DNA of 61,130 bases, the filler included, from Nemertoderma westbladi (lineage: Eukaryota > Animalia > Xenacoelomorpha), in NCBI GenBank assembly GCA_032718475.1. It is 3 parts of 3 records of this genome, joined end to end, with 100 filler letters (N's around TTAATTAATTAA, not from the genome) between each part and the next. Parts side by side here need not be neighbours in the genome. Positions count along the whole stretch, not along the records: positions 19,515 to 48,579 come from JAUCBJ010002361.1; 2 more parts are not named here. One strand, 5' to 3'. Below are positions 35,101 to 47,092 of this stretch, piece by piece. Numbering within the stretch: the first letter of the stretch is position 1; each line of letters begins with the position of its first letter. Made by a program: the position numbers and the translations under genes. The notes beneath the pieces are model-generated. The model did no database searches, was not told the origin of the DNA, and was given only the letters and a program-made list of their open reading frames with translations.

Positions 35101-36057
35101 AGGTTCATTACTGTAAGAATTGCTCGAGACTGGCTGGCTGACTGATCTACAGCCAAAACTACTCTAACGATTTTGATGAAATTTTCACGGCGGCTAGATA
35201 CGGCGATTCTAAGGTCCCTTGTATGTTCCGCTATTTCGTCCATGAGCCATGGGCTCGAAAAATAGACATAAACGAAAAAACGCCATAGGCGCAATGATAA
35301 AAACACCAGCTGGCACTCATGAAAAATGGATAGAGATGGCCTAGTAATGCTATTCTATAGGAATGGCCACCTAACGAGGAAATGCTTTCTGTGCCAAGTA
35401 TTATCCTCACTTTACAACTCAGACAGTAAGCAAACAAAAGCTGTGGGCTTCTAATGTATTACATCATAAGCTGATTGCTCTCCCAATAGCCCTCACACAC
35501 TCACTGAATCGAATGAAATCGAATATCTATTAGCTTAATGCGAATAGCTGGTAACCTGAATGCCATTTTAGTTATTGTGTACTGTTGATTGCAGAGTTGA
35601 CTGCTATGTTGTATGTATTTAATTAAAGTAATTTTCGTAGAGGGAAGTTAATTTGGGATTACTCTCTATCAGATGTAAGCAAAGCTGTTCAGGGGTGGGT
35701 CGTGGGACCCAAATATAGTACTATTCATGGCAAACATTAATAAAATCATTCAGTCAACCTGAAGGGTATTTGCTTTAGTTAACTACAGTGTGAAAAGCGA
35801 ATTTATAATGTTACCCATACGTCAGGTAAATGAATTTTTAGATATTTTGTACTGAAGGCAACGATTTCTGATATAATTAAAATACCGGTACAAATTGATT
35901 CATTTTTATTTTTTATTCTTATTTTTATTTTATATCTATTTTATTGATAAAATAATATTATGATTTTACCGAATTTTATTTACCCCGTTGGGAAGTGTAT
36001 ATTATTATATTATTATTAAAATACAAGACAGGGGCTTGTTTCGATATATGTAGGTGC

Positions 36058-36365
36058 GCCCTTCGAGCAGCACGTGAGTTAATCAAATATTAGACACAAT
36101 GTTTGACTTTGTCCCTTCGAGCAGCCACGTGAGTTTGGCTTTGACCCTTCGATATATGTATTTGCGCCCTTCGAGCAGCACGTGAGTTACATCAAATATT
36201 AGACACACTGTTTGACTTTGTCCATTCGAGCAGCACGTGAGTTTTGCTTTCACCCTTGATATATGATGTTGCGCCCTTCGAGCAGCACGTGAGTTACATC
36301 AAATAATAGACACACTGTTTGACTTTGTCCCTTCGAGCAGCACGTGAGTTTGACTTTGACCCTTC
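36058..36365. repeat. Dimeric ~108-bp minisatellite with six CACGTG-containing 22-bp cores
   Basis: cccttcgagcagcacgtgagtt occurs six times with two alternating spacer types. Confidence 0.9.
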
Positions 36366-36379
36366 CAGCAGCGTGTGTC

Positions 36380-37172
36380 AATCGAGCTGAATCATACCGA
36401 TCGAGCCTAATAGAACCCATATAGGCGATGAAGCATAATCGAGCCCAATTGAGCCGAGTCAAGCCGAACGGAGCCGAGTTGAGCCCAATCAAGCCGAGTC
36501 GAGCCAGACTGAGCCGAGTAAAGCCCAATTGAGTAGAGTCGAGCCCAATAGAGCCGAGTCGAGCCCAATTGAGCCGGACCGAGCCAAGTCGAGCCCAATT
36601 GAGCCAAGTTGAGCCAAATCGAGTTGAGTCGACTCAGACCGAGCCGAGCCGAGCCCAATCGAGCCGAGTCGAGCCATGTCACGCCAAATTGAGCCGGACT
36701 GAGTCGAGTCGAGACCAATCAAGCTGAGTCGAGCCCAATCGAGCCGAGTCGAGCCACACGGAGCCGAGTTGAGTCTAATCAAGCCGAGTCGAGCCAGACT
36801 GAGCCGAGTTAAGCCCAATCGAATCGAGTCGAGCCCAATAGAGCCGAGTCGAGCCCAATCAAGCCTAGTCGAGCCCAATTGAGCTGGACCGAGCCCAGTC
36901 GAGCCGGACTGAGCCAAGTTGAGCTAAATCGAGCCGAGTCAAGCCCAATCAATCCCAATCGAGCCGATTCGAGCCCAATCGAGCCGAGTCAAGACCAATC
37001 AAGCCGAGTCGAGCCGGACCGAGCTAAGTCGAGCCCAATGAAGCCGATTGAGATGAATCAAGCTGAGTCGAGTCGAGCCCAATCAAGCCGAGTCGAGCCC
37101 AATCGAGCCAAACCGAGCCGATCAAACCAAGTCGAACTGAATCGAGCCCAATCGTGCCAGACTGACCCGAGC
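36380..37172. repeat. Pentamer-based satellite (gagcc/gagtc/caatc)
   Basis: About 800 bp of permuted 5-mers, ending directly at the type A 3' module (ctcgttgtctcttttattt). Confidence 0.95.
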
Positions 37173-37297
37173 TCGTTGTCTCTTTTATTTGAAATAAAAA
37201 GTCGGTTCCTTATCGGGCCGCTAGGCCCGTCACTAGTTAAAAGTATAAGTCTTTCTCCACAGGCATAGATAAATAGCCAGAATGGTAAATAAAAGTA

Positions 37298-38385
37298 GGG
37301 GAAAGTGGGGGAAGTAGAATAATGGGGTAAGTGGAAACAACTGAAGCTGTGCGCTCACAATTATAGATACAAACTAAAAATTCCGAATTCCTAACATAGA
37401 ATTAAATGGGGAACAAATTTTATATAGATTTCTTATAGCTTTATTGAGAACTAAATGGTCAAATTTCAACTTGTTCAATCTTTGAATAAAAAATATATTT
37501 TTACGCTGTGGGGTAAGTAGAAACATGTACTAATGTCTCATTCATTACACCAAGCACAATGTCTAGCGTATTGTACTTTTTTGATTTTTACTACCAGCAA
37601 TATGTAAATAACACAAAACCATTAGTTACCGGTACTAGGTACCGGTAGCGTAATAGATGACTAACGTTTTACCGTATGTAATCACATTTTAGAATATTTG
37701 CTATTATGATGGTGCTAAATATTGTAAACATAATTGAAATGAAGCATTTGTCAATAAATCAAAACCAATTTGACTAAATAGCTTTTGCTTTTATCTTTTA
37801 TTGACTCTTAGCCTTCAATCTGTCAATAGGTAGCCTATTGGTTTGTTTTTCTCTGCATTTGCTGCCTGATAATTGGTTGTCCTTTTATTCGTCGTCTGGC
37901 TATAATCATGCCTCGAAAACGTCCAAGAAAAACTACACGTGGATCATATTCAAATGAAACACTTCAAAGAGCAATAGCTTCCATTAATAGTGGGCAATAT
38001 ATAGTTCGTGAAGCTGCAGAAACATTTAATATTCCTTCTGGAACTTTAGGCAAAAAAAAGTTAAATTATTCGGATCCAGCTCGTATATTGCAGGGACGCT
38101 TGCCTTATTTAGGAACAGCAAATGAAAATGCATTGGAATCTTGCCTTATTGCTTTTGGGAAAGCCGGAATGGGTTTAACTCAATAAGAAATTCTAAACAT
38201 TGTCTGGGACTTTACTCGTAGTGATTGTGTTGGAGTGAACCCCTTTAAGGGAAAGAAGCCAGGTGTGGATTTCCTTAAGGGCTTCATGGAAAGCCACCCT
38301 CGGTTGTCATGTCGTAAAGGGGAACAGCTATCAAAGTCTCGGCTTAAAGCTGCAGATCCATTTATTGTGAACAAGTTGAATATTT
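37298..38385 (+). mobile_element. 5' remnant of a pogo-family DNA transposon with a transposase pseudogene (37908-~38385)
   Basis: ta|GGGGAAAGTGGGG end with repeated ggggtaagtRgaaaca motifs; HTH_psq-like YSNETLQRAI...VREAAETFNIPSGTL; after an in-frame stop, CENP-B-type NPFKGKKPGVDFLKGFMESHPRLS. No DDE domain. Confidence 0.8.
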
Positions 38386-38589
38386 AGTAGATTTGAATAA
38401 ATAGTCGCGTATTTTTATTTACTACTACATTTGGTCGTTGCTTACAGAGTTTACATTGAACAACTATAAAATAATGTTATAGGCCTAACAGTTTCAGTGT
38501 GAAATTTTATGTAGTTTCTATCTATGGGGTTGCTGGAAACATTCTACTTAGCCTAGATTCTGTTTATATGTATTTATATACAGCACAGA

Positions 38590-39170
38590 AGGCCCGCCTC
38601 TGTAACCTGCCCCTTTCCCTCAATTAGTTAAATGATCGTTTATTGTTTTGGTTAGATAATCCCGCCTCTGTAACCTGCTCCTTTCCCTCAATTGGTAATG
38701 TTATCGTTTATTGTTTTGGTTAGAAAATCCCGTCTCTGTAACCTGCTCCTTTCCCTCAATTAGTTAAATGATCGTTTATTGTTTTGGTTAGAAAATCCCG
38801 CCTATGTAACCTGCCCCTTTCCCTCAATTAGTTAAATGATCGTTTATTGTTTTGGTTAGAAAATTCCGCCTCTGTAACCTGTCCCTTTCCCTCAATTAGT
38901 TAAATGATCATTTATTGTTTTGGTTAGAAAATCCCGCCTCTGTAACCTGCTCCTTTCCCTCAATAAGTTAAGTGATCGTTTATTGTTTTGGTTAGAAAAT
39001 CCCGCCTCTGTAACCTGCTCCTTTCCCTCAATTAGTTAAGTGATCGTTTATTGTTTTGGTTAGAAAATCCCATCTCTGTAAACCTGCTCCTTTCCCTGAT
39101 TTGGTAAAGTGACTGTTTATTGTTTTGGCTAGAAAACTCGGCATTAACCTGCTCCTTTCCATCAATTGGT
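38590..39170. repeat. 68-bp minisatellite, nine cores
   Basis: Unit ctgtaacctgctcctttccctcaattagttaaatgatcgtttattgttttggttagaaaatcccgcct; same unit as inside the MITE at 8232-9162. Confidence 0.95.
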
Positions 39171-39699
39171 AATTGTTTTTGGCTATAAAATGAGTGTTTT
39201 GCTACGTCATGTGGTAATCGATTATCGACAACAACCACAAACTATTAAATATAGAGTCTTTTTACCACAGGCGCATATGGAAATCTATCTCATAGTCTAT
39301 AAATCATGGAATCATGGAATGTTTTGGCACAGGCATAGTGAAATCAACTGTCTGACAGTCCAGAAATCAGCAGTCTGACAGTTTGAAGAAATACATACAT
39401 AAAAAGTCATTAAAAGGACAATAAAAGTCATTAAAAGGACAACAAAAGTCATTATGCATAATTCGTAAAACAAAATGACAAAAAAAGTCAAATAAAAGGA
39501 CAAAAAATCACTGCCTTTCAAAATTGTGAATTAATTACATTTTTTAAGTTTGAATTTCCCTCCAATGCTCCAAATACCAAAATCAGTTAAAACTTATATA
39601 AAATTTCTGTCCCATGAATAAAATAGGATCTTTATAATGTAGCTATTTCGACCCGAAAATAATTACAAAACTCAAATCTATAGAGTCACATGTTTCTGC

Positions 39700-42600
39700 T
39701 AAGGATATAGGAGCAGGAGGGGCCGTTGCGTGTTCAGTTCCGTCGCAACTACTGTACCTCCTCCCCCAGTTGGCTTTATTCCGCCAGATACTTCTCGCAC
39801 CTTCAGGGAGGTAGTAACCTCTAGACGTTCGTCACCGAGATTTGCTCGGAACTCAGGGCCTCCCTATAGCACCTCCATTTCTCAATCGCGGTTCCCTACC
39901 ACACCGGCAGTGGTTGGCGTTAATAGCTCCGAGTCGGCCAGTAGACAGCCTGGAGCTGAGCCTGGGAGTCAGCCAGGGAGTGCTAAGCGACCTCGTTTTT
40001 CGCCATCAATCCCGGCTACAGAAACAGGAACTGTTAATTCGCGGTCGGTCGCGTACAGATTCTGAGGGCTACCAGTTCCCGAAATACCGAAGGTCTCGTC
40101 CTGAGTACATCGTAGGCTTAGGAAGAAAGTGTCTGGTAAAACATTTAAGTCGAAAGTTGCTCCTGCTGAGATTTTTTTGTTTAGAATGGATAATGAGACA
40201 ACACCACAGGACATTGTAGACGACTTGGGAGCCAGCAATATCAAGATTCCGCTTAGCTTTGTTTCGAGGATCTCTAATAAAGAGTCTAGTAGTGCTAGTT
40301 TTAAGGTTGGAATTCCCAGTAACCTCCTTGAAATGGCGCTTGATCCCTTGGTATGGCCCCCAGGGGCTTGTGTTCGTAAATGGATATATTATGCTAGGAG
40401 GGGAGGGGATGGCAGGGGCCGGAGGGCTTAAGCAATAGCTACGTGTATACTGTATATATATATATATATATAGATTTTTTTTTTTTAATTTTCACTTAAC
40501 ATTTATATAATATTTTACATATAATTGTAGGTAATGTATGAGTTCATATAATTGTATGTAATCTATATATATAGATTTATATTTTTTTATACTTTAATAT
40601 GGCCAGTAAACAATGGTTACAATTTTAGAATTTACTCCTATAACAGCAGGGGGTTTTCTTCTGATAGAGTTGAGTTTATAAAAATATTAGCCTGTAGTGC
40701 TGATATAATTTGCATTCAGGAACATTTTATTAATTAATTTTATTAAAAATAATGTAAATTACATAAAGAAAACATTTTCCCGATTTTGAGTGCTATTTTG
40801 AACCTTCTTATTTTTCAGATTCTAATGTTGCTGGACAGCATGGAAGGCAAATGGCTGGGTTATGTTTATTAGTGCGTAAATCACTTTTGAAGTATGTGGT
40901 ATCGGTTACCACAGATAATAGACATTTATTGGCTTTAAAATTATTATTTCCCAATTCAAGGGAAATTATTTTACTAAATACGTATTTCCCAGTCGATACC
41001 AGGCATTCAGATATAGTTTCTGATGAATTTTTATTATTGAGCAATGATATCAATCGCATTGTAAGTGCCTCTTCTTCAAATAATGTAATTATAGCTGGAG
41101 ATCTGAATTCTGATTTTTTGCGTAAATCAGTTCATGTTAATTATTTGCAAAAATTTATTCGTGATTTTAATCTAAATATTGCATGGGATACTTACAATGT
41201 TGATTTTACGCATATTTGTGTGATTAATGATACGGTATATACTTCCACTATTGATCATTTTTTAATTTCAGACTCAGTGCTTAATGCAGGCATTGAGGCG
41301 GGAGTGGTTCACTCAGGTGCCAACCTGTCTGACCATAACCCTATTTATTTTAAATTTTTGGTTGAAGGTTTGACTGAATCACCAGTTTCTAGAAACATAC
41401 CATCCAAACCAAATTTTTCACGGGCGAATGATGATGAGAAATCTTTATTTAAATCTAATTTAAGTGAGCGATTAAGTTCAATATCATTGAATTGTAGTAC
41501 TTGTAATAATTTACTGTGTGATAATCCTGCGCATATTAATAATATTGATGAGTATACTAGTGATATTTTGAGTGCACTGAATGATGCCTCAGGGGTATTG
41601 CCCCAAACCGGGGGTATTTCTAATGACGGTAATAAGTGTCACACTTTACCTGGTTGGAACGAGCATGTGCATCCATACAAAGATGACGCAATATTTTGGC
41701 ACAGCCTGTGGGTGTGTGCAGGTAGACCAAGTGCAAGTGCGAGCAATCTATACCATATGCGGCGGTCGTCCAGAGCGCAATATCAGTATGCCGTACGAAG
41801 ACTTAAGCGTCAAGCTGATATTGTGAATAAAGATAAATTATTACAGTCATGTTTGACTAATAGTAGCGTGGATTTATTTTCAGAGATAAAGAGATTGCGA
41901 GGTAATTGTACTTATAGGGTTGTAGTACGTCAGTTGATGGCAAGACTGACGATATTTCTATCGCTAATCATATTTATGCATTATTCATGCATATGCATAC
42001 ATATGCATATGCATATTCATGCATTTAGCTCAATTGTTCAATTCTTTCCTTTTACATGGTTATGTCCCATTGCTATTATTGAAATTTGCTTTAATTACAC
42101 TTAATAATAAATTAGGTAGCCATACATTATCTACTAATAACCGTGCTATAGCTATTTCTTCTTTGATTGTTAAGGTGTTTGAATGGGTAATGTTGCTTTC
42201 TCAGGATAATGTATTTAAGAATGATGAATTACAGTTTGGTTTCCTACGAAATTCTAGTACCTCAATGTGCAGCTGGGCGGCCAAGGAAACGATATCTTTT
42301 TACCAGCGGTTCTCTACCCCTGTGTTTGGGTGCCTGCTTGACCTTACGAAGGCATTTGATATGGTCGAGTGGCAATCATTATTTTTAGAATTATTAGTTA
42401 AGGGGTTTTCGCCACTTTTTCTGTGTGCACTAATTTCGATGTACAAAGGTCAGTGCGGTTTTGTTAGATGGGGTTCTGCCTGCTCCACTACTTTTAGTAT
42501 TTCAAATGGCGTTAAACAAGGCTCGGTGGATTCCCCGATTTTGTTTTGTGTTTTGATAAATAAATTAATTGTATGGCTAAGAGAAAGTAAGATTGGTTGT

Positions 42601-43740
42601 CATTTAGGTTCTAGATACCTTGGTGTTTTCGTATATGCAGATGATATTTTTCTTTTGTGTCCATCTATTATTGGTTTACAAAAGATGATTTCGACATGTG
42701 ATAATTTTGCTAAAGAATTTAATATGTGCTTTAGTAAAATGTAGATGCTAGTAAAAGCAAGTCGAAGTGTATCCCCTTTGGTTTTAATTGGAACCCACCA
42801 GGTGCCAAGGTTTATATCGTTCTGTTTATTTGCCATGGGTTAAACAGGCCACGCATTTGGGTAACATATTTGATTCAGGTTGTAAGTTCAGTAGCGATAT
42901 TTTACGTAAAAGGGGAATATTTATTGGTAGGTTGAATTGTTTAAGACAAGAATTCATGTTTGCACATCCATATAGTTTATCAAAAATTCAGCGAATTTAT
43001 ACGAGTTTTTATGAGAGTAACCTTTAGGAACTTTGGGGGGATTCTTGCCGTAAAATGGTAACTAGCTGGAATATTAATATGCGATTAGTTTGGGGGCTTC
43101 CATATAATTCTCATAAATTTTTGGTAGAGGGTTTGATCGATTATCCGTATCCGTTATCTATGTTGTGCAGTCGTTTTGTAACTTTTGCAAAGTCGTTATT
43201 AACTTCTGATAAACCATCTATTTGTTTTCTTGGTAATGTTACTCTATTTGATTGTAGGTCCGTCAGTGGTTCTAATTTGAGACACATCGCTGATAAGTGT
43301 AAAGTTCGTTTTGATGATTTATCGTCCAAACTTTGCAATAACGTTTCTTGGTTTACCTCCCAAGAACATTTACCAGTTATTAATATGTGCCGTGAATTAA
43401 TTGAGTGCAGAGTTAGTGGCGCAGAAACTTTTATTCCTGGTTTTGATAGATCTGAATTGGATGACATTCTCAATTATATCTCCACTAATTGACTTGTTTA
43501 TTGTTGTTCATATTGTTTATTCATACTGTTAGCTCTATGTTAGGTTTAGTTATAATAGTTTACAGATACTAATTTCAAATCAGTTAGGTGTTTGGTTTGT
43601 ACACATATTTACAGTAACTAATTTACCCTGTGCATCGTTATTAACATCATTCCTTATATATAGTGTGCTTTGTTGGTCCTGTATGTATGCTGTACTAGAT
43701 TTATTTTCTATGTACGAAATTAAATTAAATTAAAATTAAA
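39700..43740 (+). mobile_element. Decayed CR1-group non-LTR retrotransposon (partial ORF1, APE-RT ORF2, (aaatt)n tail)
   Basis: ORF1 end SASFKVG...DPLVWPPGACVRKW; APE motifs YNSRG, IQEH, AGDLNS, IDHF, SDH; RT motifs LQFGF, DLTKAFD, GVKQG, YADD; several stops/frameshifts; tail at 43717-43740. Confidence 0.9.
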
Positions 43741-43849
43741 TATATATTAATTAAGAAAATCTGAATATAGTAAATAGTATGTATAACTGAAACTGATCCT
43801 TTTAGGCTAGATATTCCTAATCTTTCAGTCTTTCCCAATCTTCATCAAA

Positions 43850-44345
43850 CGGGTTCGTGCTGAGTGGCTGTGAGCCAATAAATACCACCTTCACGACTGT
43901 CTTCCCCGTAAATGCCGCAACTCCAGATACCACCAATACCCATTGAGATTGACTTAGTCGGCGCAGTTTCCATTGGGACAATCCGGATCGCCGTTATCTT
44001 TATCGTGTACGGAGAAAGGCGATCCATTGAGGTAGTAATTCCCACCGGGACTCCGATAAAGTATTGAATACCGGACTGGTATCACCATCACCAGCCAGCA
44101 GGCCAGTACTGTTGTTATTGTACTGAGATATAGACTGATAGAGTGGAGATATAGAATGTAATTACTGCTAACTGTAGAATCACCAATACTAAAATTTTGG
44201 TACTGAGTGTACCAGTACTTGTTCAGTTGTGTGTTCCTTCATCTCTTTGTGCCGGAGATCCACCCTTAGTATCACTCAACCCACGTCCATCTTCGCTCAG
44301 TTTTCAGATTTTCCAAATGGTGAATATCATCGACATAAAGTATAC
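43850..44345 (-). pseudogene. Fibrinogen C-terminal domain (FReD) pseudogene fragment
   Basis: Across frames, in family order: DDIHHL, ILRVDL, YWYTQYQNFSIGDS, NYILYL, YLNGSPFSVHDKDN, NCAD*, NLNG/YWWY, GIYW. Confidence 0.7.
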
Positions 44346-44908
44346 ATAATACTGTAATATGGAACACTTATCTGCAATTCAGCTTATGCTTTCTGGCAGT
44401 CTGCTGGTCTGGCTTTGTCTGGAAATAAAGGTCTTCCCCGGCTAATACCTGAATAGAATACTGTCAGACTTTAGGATGATGTAGGAGCTACAGCACAACT
44501 AAACCCAGAAACCTATAAACTGTGAAACCCAATGTCTGAATGTACAGATGTATTATCCCAAGACTGCAAGACTACAAGACAACGTAGGCCCTAGTCAAAA
44601 CAGATCAAATAAATATAAACAGATCAAATAAATGCATGTGTCGGAAATATTCCACACTGCCGTCAAGAGCAAAATTGCAGTATTGTTACCGGTATGCCAG
44701 TATGCCTAGAGCAGTAGACTGGTAGAGCAACAGCACAATTCCTGAATTCAGCAATTAATCCTGCAAGAGTGTGGAGTGCCATATGTACCGTACCGCGCTG
44801 TCAGATAGCAGATGCAGAGATGTTCTGTGTGTGGTTGCAGCATCCACATGCCCGGCCTGCCGGGTATTTAGGTCCAGGCCCGGTGAACCATAACAAGGTA
44901 ATGTAATG

Positions 44909-45705
44909 GGGTGAGTACAAAACAAAGACCCAAAACCCACTGTACAAAACAAAGACCAAAGGAGCCATAACCAACTGAACAAAACAAAGACCAAAGACCC
45001 AAAACACACTGTACAAAACAAAGACCAAAAACCCACTGTACAAAACAAAGTCCAAAGACCCAAAACCCACTGTACAAAACGAAGACCCAAAACCCATTGT
45101 ACAAAACAAAGACCAAGGAGCCAAAACCCACTGCACAAAACAAAGACCAAAAACCCACTGAACAAAACAAAGACCAAAGATCCAAAACCCACTGTACAAA
45201 ACAAAGACCACAGACACAAAACCCACTGTACAAAACAAAGACCAAAGACCCAAAACCCACTATGTACAAAACAAAGACCAATGACCCAAAACCCACTGTA
45301 CAAAACAAAGACCAATGATCCAAAACCCACTGTACAAAACAAAGACCAAAGACCCAAAACCCACTGTACAAAACAAAGACCAATGACCCAAAACCCACTG
45401 TACAAAACAAAGACCAATGACCCAAAACCCACTGTACAAAACAAAGACCAATAATGACACAAAACCCACTGTACAAAACAAAGACCAAAGAGCCAAAACC
45501 CACTGTACAAAACAAAGAGGTAAAGTCGCGATTGGTCCCAAAGAGCGTTAGGTCCCATTACCATTTAAAAGATCAGGTTAGTAAAGGAGCAGGTTACAGA
45601 GGCATATGTTGGGGGAACCAAAACAATAAAAAGAAACTTAACACATGTTACAAGATTATGCAGGTTATTTAATGGGGTCTTTAGTCTTTTGTTTTGTACT
45701 CACCC
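44909..45705. mobile_element. MITE with an internal ~34-bp minisatellite expansion
   Basis: taatg|GGGTGAGTACAAAACAAAGAC ... GTCTTTTGTTTTGTACTCACCC|taatg; about 18 tgtacaaaacaaagacc...aaaacccac units at 44911-45515. Confidence 0.85.
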
Positions 45706-46820
45706 TAATGGAATAGCTCCTATGAGTAAAGGAAACACAATGATCACACTGAAAGCACTTTATTTACTAGAGTTATTCATATTCATATTGACTCTAGTTA
45801 TATTCCTCCAAACCTAGGTTGAACTCCTGGGATTTATTTACCCGCCTGCATAACTATGTTCCCATGTGGAACACACCAGGGACTTAGTTGTCATATCTAA
45901 TAAAATCTGTTAATTAGTTTTTGTGCCTGACTGACAAGGAGTAAGTTGTATCAACACTTCATCAATCGTTTTGGTTTATTTGTCTTCCAATTATTTAGAT
46001 TAATTGTTCAAAATGTCTTCCAGTTTGACAATTCTACCTGTTAGTATTTTGTCCAATAATTCCTCCTTTAAGTTGATCCACACTTTCTAAAATATTATCA
46101 GAATGTCGTACAAATGTTGTATAATAATATGAAAGCAGTAAGATAGGTCTAGTTCCAAATGAAAGCAGTGAGAATGCTATGATACGTAATTCTAATGTTT
46201 GGTTAATGTTAAATGGTTAATATTTGGGATGGGTGGGGCACTTTACTAACCATTAGATTCTAGTAATATTAACATCTTCATACTGTACAGGACAAATATG
46301 GAATATGTTACTTAATGTATTTATAGGGAAATGTATGAAAATAATAACTTTAAAGAAGAATGTATAAATACAATATTACACAAATACACTATTCTAATAT
46401 GCTAATCTAAAGCGAAAAATGTAAATACACTACCGGTACGCACAACTTTACAGAGAGCGTGACAATGCACGATTCATCGACAAAAAAGTACATAATTATA
46501 TACACGTACTGTACGTTACATATATTTTATTAATCGTAATTACAGTGCACGTAAAATGATTAATAACTACTGTTACAGGTATTGAAGTAGGGACTATTAT
46601 CGTACATACAGTATTTCTACACTCCACATACAGTAGAGTTGAGATTTAGGCCCATCTCGCACGGAGCAACTTGTTTCTGTAACTTGATGCTGGACTCTTC
46701 ACACAGAGAACCTTGTTCCTGCAACTTGTTTCTGAAACTTGTTGTTGAACCCCCTCACACAGAAACTTGTTGCTACAACTTGTTTCCGAAACTAGTTCCT
46801 GTGTGGGAGGGGTCCAGGAG

Positions 46821-47092
46821 GGGTGAGTACAAAAGAAAGACCCAAAGACTAAAGATGCTAAATAAAAATGCATGTGTTAACTTTCGTTTATTGTTTTGGT
46901 TCCCCCAACACGCCACTGTAACCTGCTCCTTTACTAACCTGATCCTTTAAATGGCAATGGGACCTAAAGCTCATTGCGACCTGAACAAAACAAAGAGGAA
47001 AAGTCGCGTTAGGTCACAAAGAGTGTTAGGTCGTATTGCCATTTAAAGGAGCAGGTTAGTAAAGGAGCTGGTTACAGAGGCGTGTTGGGGGA
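46821..47092. mobile_element. Truncated second copy of the same MITE family, internally palindromic
   Basis: Starts GGGTGAGTACAAAA; 46900-46970 is inverted against 47025-47090 and against 45550-45615. Confidence 0.7.

Larger units (their letters stand above)
19515..37236. mobile_element. Tandem array of non-autonomous Helitron/Helentron (HINE/DINE-like) elements
   Basis: Units begin TT+subTIR+short hairpin+microsatellite and end subTIR'+GC hairpin+CTAG. Minus units: 19515-21053, 21054-21102 (3' end only), 21103-22410. Plus units: 22411-23898, 23899-24993, 24994-27626 (with nested 26438-27577), 27627-29103, 29104-30605, 30606-32090, 32091-33567, 33568-35088, 35089-37236. Confidence 0.85.

Noticed and set aside
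19824-35437. Recurrent short ORFs (MGFSFFNLIR..., MCRNPLHKPF..., MGVLSTIILA...)
   Set aside because: They recur only because the DNA unit is repeated; starts, frames and stops vary with homopolymer indels, and no domain is recognisable.
36058-36365. 22-bp repeats with ~30-35 bp spacers resembling CRISPR
   Set aside because: Spacers alternate between two repeated types, so this is a dimeric minisatellite.
19515-37236. CRISPR- or integron-like reading of the hairpin-bounded array
   Set aside because: Units are 1-2 kb and mostly homologous, there is no cas or integrase gene, the context is eukaryotic, and the ends fit Helentron/HINE structure.
36250-37268. ORFs rich in LGS/ARL or SRA/EP
   Set aside because: Translations of the pentamer satellite.
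44755-45672. Long hydrophobic ORFs in three minus frames, resembling membrane proteins
   Set aside because: Stop-free translation of the ~34-bp minisatellite.
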